From assembly GCA_964187785.1 (NCBI GenBank), contig OZ076409.1, positions 57,476,001 through 57,540,000 of the forward strand: 64,000 bases of DNA, written 5' to 3'. Numbering within the stretch: position 1 is the first letter of the stretch; the number at the start of each line of letters is the position of its first letter. The DNA is from Amphiscolops sp. MND2022 (Eukaryota). This document shows, in pieces, positions 1 to 12,065 of this stretch. Under the pieces are notes generated by a model. It was not told the origin of the DNA, ran no database searches, and saw nothing but the letters and a program-made list of their open reading frames with translations. The position numbers and the translations under genes were made by a program.

Positions 1-239
1 TGGTATTTCAGATGATTGATAACAAAAACAGAAAACATGATGCAAAATTCTGAGATTGATGAGATTTCTATTTTTTTTTCAGAAACTGCCTGGGGTAAAC
101 ATGATTTTATAATTTGCGACGACGAAATTTCTGGTTATCAGTTTTAACTGATTTAGGTGGGTTTGGACTCGTCTCTAATCAATTTTTGTTTTTAGAAGTT
201 TTGCATGCAATGAAACGTTAAAGTACAGTTAAAATACGA

Positions 240-329
240 GAAAGTACCACCAGCTTGAAGGTTCGCAAAAGCGAATGACTGTTGAATCAACAGTCATACG
301 TTTTTGCGAACATTCAAGCTGGTACTTTC
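240..329. repeat. ~90-bp near-perfect palindrome (fold-back)
   Basis: GAAAGTACC-ACCAGCTTGAA-G-GTTCGCAAAA-GCGA-ATGACTGTTGA-A-TCAACAGTCAT-ACGT-TTTTGCGAAC-A-TTCAAGCTGGT-ACTTTC; the arms are reverse complements with few mismatches. Confidence 0.85.
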
Positions 330-1235
330 CTGTTATAAACAGATTTTGGGGTCTAAACGATCACTTCTTCACTAACGGGCGAGCTGTTATGGCATCATCT
401 TTCGCAGTTCATGCAAAGCTGCTTCAGCAACGACGATCATAAATTTTAATTCATATCCTATAATGTCGACATCTCAGAGCTTGCGAAAGCACACTTACCA
501 CCCCCGCGTAGTGAAAATATCATGTGGAGGTATTGGTTTCTAAATTAAATGCTTTTTATTTAAAGCCTCATTTAAAGGTTGTCGGCCTAATGCGCGCGTT
601 TCAATTTTTTGCATCATAATGCTATTACTTCGGCACAATGGTGCATGAATCACAAAAACAATGACCATTCCTATTTCAGTTCAGAAGTTAACTTTTTCGA
701 TCAAAGTTTTTTCTCGTAAATTCACCCGTCCATGCTCCATTGTAAGACATTTCCAACTTTAGTGCTAGGTGAAGGAAAACGGAATTGGTCAAGAAAAAAT
801 TCCACCTTTAGAGAGCTGCATTATTTGTAAACAAGATGCATGTACTAAAAGTGATCAAACGTTCAAGTTGACAAGGATTCTGTCAATCATTCAAGGTGGA
901 CTTCGCACTGCCTAACAACTTTGAATGGCTGAATGAAAATACGCGGCTGCAGCATTTCGTTCTCACTTCAGATCTGTGAATGTCGTTGATTAAATTTCAA
1001 GATAAGCAACCTTTTCAAAGCTGAGGTGCAAGGTTTTATGCTGTTTCGAAACAGTTGTTGACAAATAAGGAAAAAATTGAGAAATCAAACATTTCTTCGT
1101 TCCATTTTGATGCACCAAAGACTGAAAAAATTTCATGTTGGTCATTTAAGTAAGTGTGATATTTTGGTATTGAAAACATTGACGTTTTGATGTTTTCGCT
1201 TATATAGTGGTGTCATAAATTGAGACCAAACTCAC

Positions 1236-1708
1236 CTGTAATTCTGGACAATAGCCGGTTGTCTGGAAGCGATGATGCAGATAATGTTGGGTTGTCCTTG
1301 AGGCGTAATGGGAGCAGTGAGAAGTTTAGCCAGCTGGGGGAACAGGGGAACAGTTTTGAGTAATTGTACGGGTGCCGGAGGCGTCACGCAATTCTGTGAG
1401 TCTTCGCTTGACACGGCGGGTTCTTCTGGGTTCTGATTGCACTGTATTGGGCTGCCGATGGACTGAGAATCTTCTGAGGAATAGTCTACAGATCGATCTG
1501 AGTCCGATTGTTCGGAAAAACTGGATTCCAACAAGGAACTCTCGTTCAAATACTTGTGCATTTTAGCCAATTGAGGGGAAACATTTAGGGAAATGGTCTC
1601 TATTTCCAGAGCTTCCAGGGAAAGTTTCCTTTTTTTCAGAGGCAGCATTTTCTGGTCGAAAACAGTACTGCACGTTCGTTTGAGATTCATAGTTTCCACA
1701 ATCACCAT
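1236..1708 (-). CDS. First coding exon of an unidentified Ser/Pro-rich, probably nuclear protein; gene continues leftwards
   Basis: 158-aa ORF from ATG at 1708. Its apparent stop lies inside a consensus donor (CAG|GTGAGT, intron from 1235, phase 2). Contains a basic NLS-like PLKKRK, an acidic/Ser-rich tract and LAKLL. A possible next 41-nt exon at 499-539 (TTTAG|...|GTAAGT) stays open in phase. Confidence 0.65.
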
Positions 1709-2465
1709 TTTTACTGGTTAAATTTCTAACTTCACGTCAAGATTATTTTGCCGTTGATTTTAGGTCACCGATCAGGTCGATGGAAAGTTTATTAAATGAT
1801 TTCGCTTTGAATTATCTTTGTATGAAATATTCGGCTGCTTTTTCCTTGAACAAAGGCTGCTTTGCTTTGATACTTGACGTCAAAATTGGTATGATCGGTT
1901 ATGGTTGTATTGGTATATTACCATCGAATCAGCGGCATGAACAATGTTTTTACAAACGGCGTGAACGAATTCTCAACCGGCGTGGACTGCTATCAACCAT
2001 TCAGAAGGCGACCGACGGCGTGAACAAATTTTGAACCACCATGATGACATGTGTCGGTTGCGTTCAACAGTCGTTCATAGTAAATTCTCATGACGACACC
2101 GAGTCGCCAGCCAGTAAAAATCAGGAATTAACAATTCGATTACGTCTCATAGAGAAATGTGATTTTCGTCGAACATACCAACTTAAGTTGGTGGCCTATA
2201 AAAAGATTTCACGTCGCTTTCATACAAAGAGACACGGGGACACGTGTGAACAAATATTAACCACGTGAACAAACTGTTGTAGCTTGCTATTCATGATTCA
2301 TGAATTATGAAAATAAATTTGTTCACGAGGAAGACGCGTCGTTGAAGACGATTGCGTGAACTTGCTTCACCACAGTTGATGACCGCCAAAAAAGACCACC
2401 TCGATACCGCGAATGATGATAGCCGCGTTCAGAGACGTGGTCTCGAAGAGAAGGAGGAAAGGTTG

Positions 2466-2835
2466 AACAAGCCGGGAACGGCCCAAGTCGGCGCCATATC
2501 TAAGGCTCAAAAATAGCAAAAGGACTTCAAAGTGTCAAGTATTCTCTTCTACAGTACCCGCATGAGGAAAAAATTGAAAAAAATCCCATTTTTTTCGAAG
2601 TTTTTTTTCAAATTTTTTTTGGTCTCCGATAAGTCGCAAAGTGCCGAAAAATGTAAAAGAGACCTCAAAAAAGCCTAAATATCCTCTATCTCAAGTGCCA
2701 GTAGAAGTAGTGTGGCATTTAGTGTTAGTTCAAGTCAGCTTAAAAAGCTTATAAAATCTGTCAGTTCGTTGGTCTTAAAAAAAAGAAGTCACTACTATAG
2801 TCTGCGTTTTTCTACGAAAAGCGCCGAATAAAAAA
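2466..2835 (-). mobile_element. Helentron-like non-autonomous element, family A
   Basis: Starts AACAAGCCGGGAACGGCCCAAGTCGGCGCC (hairpin + subTIR) and ends GCGCCGAATAAAAA; same termini as many other copies in the window. Confidence 0.75.
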
Positions 2836-2892
2836 TGGAGCCTCGAAGTCACTAGTGGGCAAAATCACTGGCTGCAACCACGCCTATGAATG

Positions 2893-3376
2893 AACAAGCC
2901 GGAAACGGCCCAAGTCGGCGCCATATCTAGAGCTCAAAAATAGCAAAAAGGCTCTAAAGCATCAAGTATTCTTTTCTTCAGTACACGAATGAGGAAAAAA
3001 GTTTTTTGAAGTCTCCGGTAAGTCGTACAGTGCCGAAAATGTAAAAAGGGGGCCTTTGGGATTTTTTGGACATCCATTCTGTTGGAAAATATAAAAAATT
3101 GAAGGGGACCCTTTGAGACATAAAAAAAAATGTGCGAAAAAAGTCACAAAGCCGAAATATCATGCTCAGAAAATTTTGGTCAAGGGCGAGACTCACCCCA
3201 CATCCTTCTGCTTGACAGACCTCAAAAAAATCATAATTAACCTCTATGCAAGTGGCAGTAGAAGTTACATTAGTGTGCCAGCTTATAAAGCTTATAAAAT
3301 CTGTCACTTTGTTGGTCCTTAAAGAAAAAAAGTCACTGCAATGGTCTGCGTTTTTCTACGAAAAGCGCCGATTAAA
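2893..3376 (-). mobile_element. Helentron-like family A copy with degenerate tRNA-like cassette (~3180-3258, -)
   Basis: Family A termini; interior is the reverse complement of the 63271-63813 copy, including the tRNA-like part. Confidence 0.75.
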
Positions 3377-3801
3377 CAAAAATGGCAACATAACGTCTAA
3401 ACTTAAGGAAAAAGTACGTAGTAGGAAAAATACTACTTTACGTAGTAGGAAAAATACTACAGAACGATCTCTTCCAGTTTTCTATTATGACGTCATTTCT
3501 AGCTGGAGCAGTTGTTCGCCAGTCGAACTTCCATGCATTTCCTGCAAGAATCTGTTAAATTTCATTTCTAAGATATTAGAAGACAATGCATTATTCTTGC
3601 AGGTATCTTGGAAGATCTTGGAAGAAAAGATCTGATCTTGGAAGTAACTTGGAAGAAAAGTCCTGAATCTTAGACGTAACTTGCACGAAAATGCTTAAAG
3701 GTAAATTGGAAGAAAATGCCTGAACCTTGGAGGTAACTTGGAAAATGAGTTTGAAACATTTCTAGTCGAATATTTTTAAAGCATCAGCAAAACAAATATA
3801 G

Positions 3802-4092
3802 ACACAGAGACGAAGCGGTGCTTCGCAACACATGACGAAGACATAGATTATTTTAATATGCGTATATATATTATTTTAATCGCATGCGTATATATTCAAC
3901 AGTTCAACTTTGTTCAATAACGTCCCTGTGGCACAGTGGTCAACACTTATGCCGTGCAATCGGGAGGCTGCAGGTTCGAATCTCTCTGGGGTTTTGGCTT
4001 TATTCTAAAAAGCGCTCATTATGAAGTTGACTATTGTGGAAAAAAATCTTTCTTAACTGGACTGCAATGCACATTGACTTCGTCATGTGCAA
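3802..4092 (-). mobile_element. Helentron-like family B (~290 bp) with tRNA-like core
   Basis: Hairpin CGAAGC-GGT-GCTTCG, then 12-bp subTIR CACATGACGAAG (3829-3840) whose exact inverse CTTCGTCATGTG is at 4078-4089. Near-identical copies at ~50707-50995, ~52840-53128 and ~54973-55261. Confidence 0.75.
3922..3993 (+). pseudogene. tRNA-derived cassette (A box TGGCACAGTGG, B box GGTTCGAATC); positional anticodon TGC
   Basis: Canonical A/B box spacing, but the stems do not pair, so not a functional tRNA. Copies at 50825, 52958 and 55091. Confidence 0.6.
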
Positions 4093-5438
4093 TATAGATG
4101 AATGTGAATATGTACACGTATTTGAATATTACTGCATAAGAGTTCGACATATGAGATTCAAGTTTGTTGAGGTCAAGTGGACAGTAGCTGTTTACTTGAG
4201 TAGTTCCTTCATCACGATCTTCGCAAGTAAAGGCGCGGCTCAGCGGGCTGCCATAGGTCACCATCGTGGCAAACGTGCAGGTCCCAAAAACGGTAGCTTT
4301 GAAATATCCATTTTATCTTGCAAGAACTTCAGTCACATTTAAATCCCCGCGACTAAATAAAACAGACAACATGGAAGCAACCATTATACTACAAGCAATT
4401 GAGCCTTGTTCTGCATTTGCATTAAGTTTTACTATATTCATTTTTAACATATTCTTGGTTTAAAATTGTAAAAACAAGCTCGACATTTTCCGTACAATTC
4501 AGATATTTTCTTGCAGAATTTCATTCAATTTAGAGACATTGTCGTGCCGGATTCTTGGAAGACCTTGAAAGAATCTTGCAAGAAACGTCTGACCAGCCAG
4601 AATCTGGCAGGTTTGTCTGGAATGTGAGATACTTGGAAGCGTCGTGCAGATAATGTCTGATATCTTCCACTTCTGCCAGATTCTTGCAAGAAATGTATAG
4701 GAGTTCGACCAAGATATCTCTAAGCCATCGGATTAACTGCTGATTTTTCTAAACTGGTTCTATAACCCAATCTGCGGCTTTTGAATGAAATTTTTACCGA
4801 ATTTTTGGAAGTTTTTCATGAACGCTTTTTCATCTGAAAAACACTTTTGTTGATCTGTTATTCTTTGGCAGTTGACCTTTTTTTGGCATTTTAACATTAT
4901 TAATGGCACCATGATTGCCTTGTTGCAAATCTTCAACTTTTGAAGTAATGAAATACATAGAAATGAAATATTCATTGTCTTCTCATTCTTCTGTCATCCC
5001 TGTAATTTGCCGCGTACTGCTTTTCCGTGACAGAATTTGAGAAAGTTTGATCAATTGGCTCTTTAAACAATGCACTCTAGCAAATGTTTACTCAAATACA
5101 AATTGAAACTTGAAAAATTTAATCCCAGTTTGTCTAGCTAGTGCTGGGAATGCGAGGCTCCGAACTCGAAAGTCCGGGATCAATTCCCGGTCTTGGCAAA
5201 TTTTTCCTTTTCATTTGCCAATTTGCATAAGATTTCCAGGACTGCATCTCCTTTGGTATCCTTGGAAGTTCTGGATTTCACAAAATTATATATACAACGT
5301 GCTGTGCTCGCTTGCTTACTTACTTCACTTCATTTTGCTTCTGTTGTTTCATTTCAGTTTTTGCAGTTTTATTGGACGAACCACGATCATGATAAGCACT
5401 TGCTTGACTCTAGCGCAAAGAAAATGCCAGTTCCTTTA

Positions 5439-5980
5439 TTTTTAGTCGGCGCTTCATGAAGTGAAACGCGACTAATATAGTGACTTTTTTCAATCCAGAC
5501 GAACTGACCAAAATGGTTCTTAGAAGTTCTACAAATCTTTATGGTCCCAAATTGAATCATTTTGCCTAGCGAACTGAACGAAAAAGGTTTTTCTTCTTTT
5601 TCCGCGTAACATACCATACCGCGAGAGACTAAGGAGTCCCGCTTCAATTTTTTGATGTTTTTTGACAGACTGGATGTTGAAAAATCCCAACGGGTCCCCC
5701 CATTCGGTTTTTTTTGGCATTGTGAGACTTTTTTCGGATTTTTTTCCACCAAAGGGTCCCCCCTTCAATTTCTTTGATGTTTTGCAACAATGGATGTTAA
5801 AAAATGCGAAAGGATCCCCCTTTAGCGCGACAGGGGCCCGCGCTAGCGGGTACCTGGCGCGCCAGTTCCCTGTTTGAGTTTCTCGTGAGTTTCATACTTT
5901 GAGTTTTTTGACACTTTCATGTCCTTTTGCTATTTTTGAGCCTTAGATATGGCGCCGACTTATGCCGTTCCCGGCTTGTT
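5439..5980 (+). mobile_element. Helentron-like family A copy
   Basis: TTTTTAGTCGGCGC...GGCGCCGACTTATGCCGTTCCCGGCTTGTT with GGGTCCCC internal repeats. Confidence 0.75.
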
Positions 5981-6163
5981 TCTGATACCAAGTGGTATTT
6001 CAAGTTTCAGTGTTCGGTCTAATTCTTAAATTTGAGGATTCCATGGACAGTTTCAAGTTGCACAAAAATGTTTCTCCTTGAACGTTTACATGTACAGTTT
6101 TGCCAAATGTTACATCAGGAAGCTTACGTCACATTTTTGATTCGCACACATTGTTGAAAAATT

Positions 6164-6262
6164 TCTACGAACAAAAATTGTTCAGCGAACGAAAAGTGTC
6201 TACGAACGAAAAACGTCTGCGAACGAAAAATATCTGCGAACGAAAAATGTCTTCGAACGAAA
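6164..6262. repeat. ~17-bp minisatellite (TCTRCGAACGAAAAAYR), ~6 units
   Basis: Directly visible tandem units. Confidence 0.8.
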
Positions 6263-6935
6263 CGGACCGCTTCAACTATATGGTTCAAAATTATTAAACT
6301 AACTGCATGCAGAAAAGCGATTGCAAATAAAACTTGAAGTCCATTTTCTCTAGCTAGTTTGTGTTGCTTACAAAGTCACCTCAGAAAACACCAAATGCTG
6401 TTTAAGACATTTCGAAATAGTGCATCGAATGCAACGAAATGGAACTGGAATTCAGTATATTCTGTATATTCTGAAAACGTAAGCCCTAAAACAAGCAGGT
6501 ATTTAAAGCTGGAATAAGGTCATTGGACTCCTTGTAACGTTCGATCCCAAACGTTTGACCTTACGGACCAGTGGTTTACATTTAGAAAGATTTAAATGCC
6601 GTGAAATGAAAATTGGGGCAGAGGACATTCACGAAGCTACAGTTCGTTCAATTTTATAAATTAATATGTGCTCAATTTTTTTACTGACTAAAGAACTTTG
6701 AGCTCATTCAAGTTTTCAACCATTCACCTTAATCCTTTTTAATTATGGAATAGAGAATTGGCCAGCATGTATCCCTTCATAACCGCGGTAAATGGTCGTG
6801 CTTTTGATGAAACATACTCTCATTCCTCATTTCAGTGACCAGAATTTCAGTGAAAAGAATAGAACGAATAACAACGAAACTACAAAAGCCATTACCGCGC
6901 AACCTCAAGAAAACGTTCCATTTGAAGCCGATGAT

Positions 6936-8295
6936 CCCTGGTTGGCCATCATGGCTAATCCATGGATATTCATCCATGATCATGGATTGTTCAACACATT
7001 ACATACTTATTCATGGAAAAACATCGATGATTCATGGGAGAGTGACGCTTCATGGATTTTCATCCATGATTTTCATCCATGACTTCATCCATGACTTCAT
7101 CCATGATTGTCATCCATGATTCATCTATGATTTGCCATGTTAAAAAATTCGTTCAAAGTAGGCAAAATTTTCTGTGCGTGTCTCTTCCCATAAAATGGAG
7201 GTTTTTTTGTTGTTTATTGTCGTTTTTGCTATTATTGGAATTTCAGGTTTACCTTTATGATAAAGAAGGATAGGTAGGACTTCAGGCCGCGAGATAGGCA
7301 GAGAACCTAGAAAGTCCGACATCTTGGAACATAATTTCTCAATTTCAGGTAATTTTGTTATGGGAATTATTCTTTGAAGGGATCTCGAATCCCATGATAT
7401 CCGCTTAATTTATGCTCTTTTTAGGTGTTTTGATCATTTTTGAGGGTATTTTCGTAATTTATCAATGCAAAAACTGGATTTTTTGGTATTACTCTTTTCA
7501 TAATTCATCGAATCTAGTGTATTCAGTTTAACGGCCAGTTCAAGAACTGCCCTGGTTGGAACTGCTTGAACTTTTTACATGTTTGTGTAGGTTACCAAGC
7601 TAAATTTCCATGATTTTATAAAATTCTCAAAGAAATGTCCATGCATTAGATTTCACTGATTCGATTTAATTTTATCAAGCTGCCTATAAACTGCATCTTA
7701 AATTTGGCGGCAATTCTGCGCCGCGACATTTTGCAGGTTTCATAAAGACGCCGTTCTAATTTTGAAAGCAGCTGAGACCTTAATCAATTTTACCGCGCTT
7801 TCAATGCAAACAAATTTCAGTCACATTATAAGTTTCAAAGTAGCGTCATATTCAGCGTGCTATTTGACTAATGGTGTTTACACAAGGTAGTTGCTTGAGA
7901 AACTTACGCGTGAAAACAAAGTGATCGCTGCGGCGAAGAAGTGGAATTGTTTTAAGTTTTTATTCAAATAGTGAAGGCTGCATTGTAATCCTACAAAATG
8001 TTTCCATGCACGGTCCCGGAATTTTCCATGTTTTATAAAAATTTAGCCTGCATGTTTCCATGCAGCATGTAAAAAATTCAAGCAATCTCGACGAGGGTGG
8101 CCCTTCTCATTAATTTGCATTGACGATCATCCTCGGCTCATTTTCATCCATGGTTCATGGGTTTCTATCCATGAATCATCCATGAATCATGGATATCTTT
8201 CCAAGATCATGGAATGATTCATGGCATGGCGATCCATGAATCATGGATGAATCATGGATGAATATCCATGAAATAGCCATGATGGTTAACCTGGG
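6936..8295. mobile_element. CCC...GGG MITE (CMC/EnSpm-like), 2-bp TSD AT, CATCCATGA subterminal repeats
   Basis: AT|CCCTGGTTGGCCATCATGGCTAATCCATGGATATTCATCCATGAT ... ATCATGGATGAATATCCATGAAATAGCCATGATGGTTAACCTGGG|AT. Confidence 0.75.
7550..8097. mobile_element. Second CCC...GGG MITE nested in the first, 2-bp TSD TG
   Basis: TG|CCCTGGTTGGAACTGCTTGAA ... TTCAAGCAATCTCGACGAGGG|TG; inverted partial copies at ~20099-20577 and ~20981-21152. Confidence 0.75.
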
Positions 8296-9415
8296 ATATC
8301 TGTGACTTCAAAAGTGCATCCGGTAAGCAAGTAATAGGAGACAAGGTGGATTGTAGATACCATTGAAGGCCAGCCCTCAAAAAACCAAAAGAAAGTGGAA
8401 TCGTTTCTGTTGAAAAGTTTTTTTCCTTCGTACTAAATTCTACAGACTCGTTGACCAGTCTGGTTCTCAAAAACAGTCAGGCTCCTCAATCACCCAGATA
8501 TATTTCAAAATAAAAAAATCAGTGTCTGTTTATGGAACTACAGACAAGAGAGTACTGTGATTACGACGGTGATTACGATCATCCCCGTATGATGTTCTCA
8601 GCTAATTAACATGGATTATTTGTTCTCACTTTCAGTTTTGATGAGGGCATCAAGTGAAATTCATGTAAATTGAAGAAATTTTATCTTTTGAGCCTCATAT
8701 TTTGGTAACGGTTGATCATTTTTGAGATAAAAAAAAATCCATGGATTCCGTAGAGTTAATTGAGCAAAATACTTGCCGAAAGAACTGTGGATGAAGCGGT
8801 CAGAAAGTTGAAAAACGCCAAAAAGCTTCAGTTTTGCTCAAAATCGGTTCTTTGAAATTTTCTTATTTTGTCTATAGAAATTTTAAAAAAACACTAGTGT
8901 AAACTAAATGAAACGTTTAGTTCTAAAGGTTTTCAAAATTTTCCACCGTTTTAGAAACAATCGAGCCTTAAATCTCCCGGGGATGATTTCTGAATCATAG
9001 TACTGTAGTTTAACTATTTGAAGATGAATCAGCATCTCCGCCCGAATAAGAAGAGGATCAAAAGTTAACACTGTGCCTCAAGGATTTCCTAAGACTTCCG
9101 GAACAGGATGAGTGAAAGAAATTCTTGTTCCAAATTCGAATTGGTTTGTTTATTTTTGGGCCCCTCGCTGAGGTTTCCGACAGTGGGCAACATTTTTGGA
9201 AAATAGGGTTTCTTCTCACCAATTTGTTTTGTTTTGCTTTTCAGTCAGTGAAATGCGTTTTTCGAAGCCACAGGGCACATTTTCTTTGTATATATGAGAA
9301 TCAATTCCAAGCAACTTTCCAAGCAGATCATTAAGACTTTGCACCTTTTGAGTCTTAAACAAGGCGCCGACGTGAGACGTTCTCGTCTTGTTTCACTGTC
9401 AGTTGCCAAAAATGG

Positions 9416-12065
9416 TGTCACGACCCGCTCCCGGTAGATGTTTCACTTACCATGCTGGAATTCACCGGGACGGGAGAGGATTCGGATATGGGTATGGAAA
9501 GAATTTCTGACAAGTTAGTTAATCTTTCTTACTTACAGCACAGCTAAGTAAACTGAAGGAATCCTCCGGTTCATAAAAGTTAACGTAAGGGAAACGCAAT
9601 ATTTCCGAGAATGATTTTTGCTCTAGCTAAAACTTCCGGTTCAACATTTATGCGCGTGATCATTTCTTCACTTCCTGTCACTTACACTTTTCATACCGAT
9701 CTAAATATCAAAAAGAAATAACAAGAACATAGAAAGATAGAAATAAGAGAGGAAAATAAGAGAGAGATAGAAATAAAAGGAAAACTTTAGGAGGAAACGT
9801 TTAAGCCTGTTATTTTAACGGATAGCATACGAACTAAAATTGAAAACAAATTACCAAAACAGTACCGAGAATGCGAAGGAGTTGTCAGAATTTGCTGAGA
9901 CCACTAGCAAATGATTTAAGCAAACAATCACAACATAATGCCCGCGTCCCTCAGAAACGCTAGTAGTCTAAGCTGTCCACCTAATGGACCAATAATATTG
10001 CTAGGTGGTCAATTTATTAGCGCTCGAAGTGAAAAAAACGACTCAGTGATGTCACAACTGAATCTTTCGGAATGATTTTTACCAGTGCCTGACATAGCGA
10101 TCACGTCACACCGCTAGTCAGCTATAGCTAATCTTAATACGTACGTCACTACTACGTTTGAAGGTTGCAATTGCGGATAGATTTGGGATCACTTTCATTT
10201 TTCGACTTAGACCCCAGCTTCCCTAACCCGGTTATTCATGATAAAACTACATCGGAGTTGTAGAAAATCTATCTTTTGAAAAAGAGAGAAAAACATCTTA
10301 CTTCTCTAACCCGGGAACCCAATTCGGTTGCGAAGGATTTGTCAGAATTTGCTGAGACCACTAGCAAATGATTTAGGCAAACAATCACAACATAATGCCC
10401 GCCTCCCTCAGCAACGCTAGTAGTCTAAGCTGTCCACCTGATGGACCAATAATATTGCTAGGTGGTCAATTTATTAGCGCTCGAAGTGAAAAAAACGACT
10501 CAGTGATGTCACAACTGAATCTTTTGGAATGATTTTTACTAGTGCCTGACATAGCTATCACGTCACACTGCTAGTCAGCTAAAGCTAATCTTGAAACGTA
10601 CGTCACTACTACGTTTGAAAGTTGCAAATAGGTTGCAATTGCAACTTCCCTAACCCAACTCCTTCGCAACCGTAAGATGTTTTTCCCTCTTATTCAAAAA
10701 TGGATTTTCTACAAATCTGATGTAGTTTCATCATCGGGAATAACCGGGTTAGGGAAGCTGGGCACTAAGTCGAAAAATGAAAGTAATCCCAAATCCATCC
10801 GTGCTTTGTGATACTCAATTGTATCATAGAAAGATACCGGAAATTTTTAGAGATTGCGTTGAACGAAACGTCACATCAACACCTTACCTGAAATACATGT
10901 TTTCTACCTTGTATGTTAACGCTAGAGTCAAAGCTATACTCTACTGGATGAAGTGATTAAAAATAGAATTGTTTCAATGAAGTCACACTTGATGAAGTTG
11001 TTTCCTGTGTATTACGTATTTGTGCCTTTTAGTACAATGAAAGTGCACTAATTTGTGTTGTTGGAAGTTTAGTACTTTTATAATAATGTCCTCATAGTTT
11101 AATTGTACGTATAATCTCCGTCATGTATTAAAAAGAATTAAGTTTAAATCATGTACTTGCATATTTGTATTCGATATTGTGTTCATCGATAAACCTCTCA
11201 GCAACATAGTTCCTCCATATTTTGACAAACCAATTTTTTCGTTCTAGTCAAGTGATATTTTTTTGACTGTCATACTTTTGTCTATTTTTTTAAAATTTCA
11301 AACTAGGAAAGTTGAGTTATTTGTTTACGCCAGCGTGCTTTCGCCGTCAAGATTTTAATTAGATTTTATTTTACCGCGATTTCAACTCTCGAACAGCAAA
11401 TGCCTTGGTTTGAACAAGAATGTTTTCAACAATAGTGCCGTACATGCGACGCAACTAGGATTTTCAATAACTGATTTGGGCACGCAGGACCAAAATAATA
11501 CGAATCAACAAAGCTTTTTAGTGAGCAAAACCGATTTTTACGATACCTAAGAACTTTTAGGTGAGAAGCAAATGATGCTAAGAAGGTATAAATAAGTAGA
11601 ACCAAGCAATGTTTGCAGTTATTTGTTGAGCCTTTTTACCTATCGCTTTCTAAACGTTGAAATAAAAACACGTTTTCTTTGAAGATTTCAATCTTACGAA
11701 AGATCAATCTTTCACTTGAAAACTGACAACTACAAGCCAAAAGAGAAAAGCAGTTGAAGAGTTAGTTTCAGGAGACTTCGAAACCGCTATACCTGAAAAC
11801 AATCAATCCGAGAGCAGGACCAAGTAAATCACCTAGAATTCACCCTGAAAATCTAGACAAACTAAAGACATCTCTCAGAAAGGAAGGTTTGTCTGATCTC
11901 AATAAGATCCTAGCTGAAAACCAAAAGGAGATGTTAAAACTGATAATGCCAACTACTAAAAAGACTCTGATTCTGAAACGGAAAATGTTCTTCCTACAAC
12001 TAAATTTACACTAATAAAACCCAAAACGACTATTCATGAAAACACCCCGAAAACTAGTCGTAACA
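9416..12065 (+). mobile_element. Solo LTR of an LTR retrotransposon (2650 bp including nested insertions)
   Basis: TGTCACGAC...GTCGTAACA inverted termini flanked by a perfect 5-bp TSD AATGG (9411-9415, 12066-12070). A decayed ORF (SQKRKAVEELVSGDFE...KILAENQKEMLKL) runs up to the 3' end. Confidence 0.85.

Noticed and set aside
1930..2440. Dispersed GTGAAC motifs upstream of the first gene
   Set aside because: Could be transposon subterminal repeats or an enhancer, but no ends or TSD could be defined
3922..3993. Functional tRNA genes at the tRNA-like cassettes
   Set aside because: Acceptor, D and anticodon stems do not pair, and most cassettes lie inside recognisable repeats
3795..4098. AATATAGA direct repeat flanking family B as a TSD (which would imply a SINE)
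   Set aside because: The copy at ~50707 shows no such duplication when compared with the corresponding site in the first C element; treated as chance or a one-off, but remains a caveat
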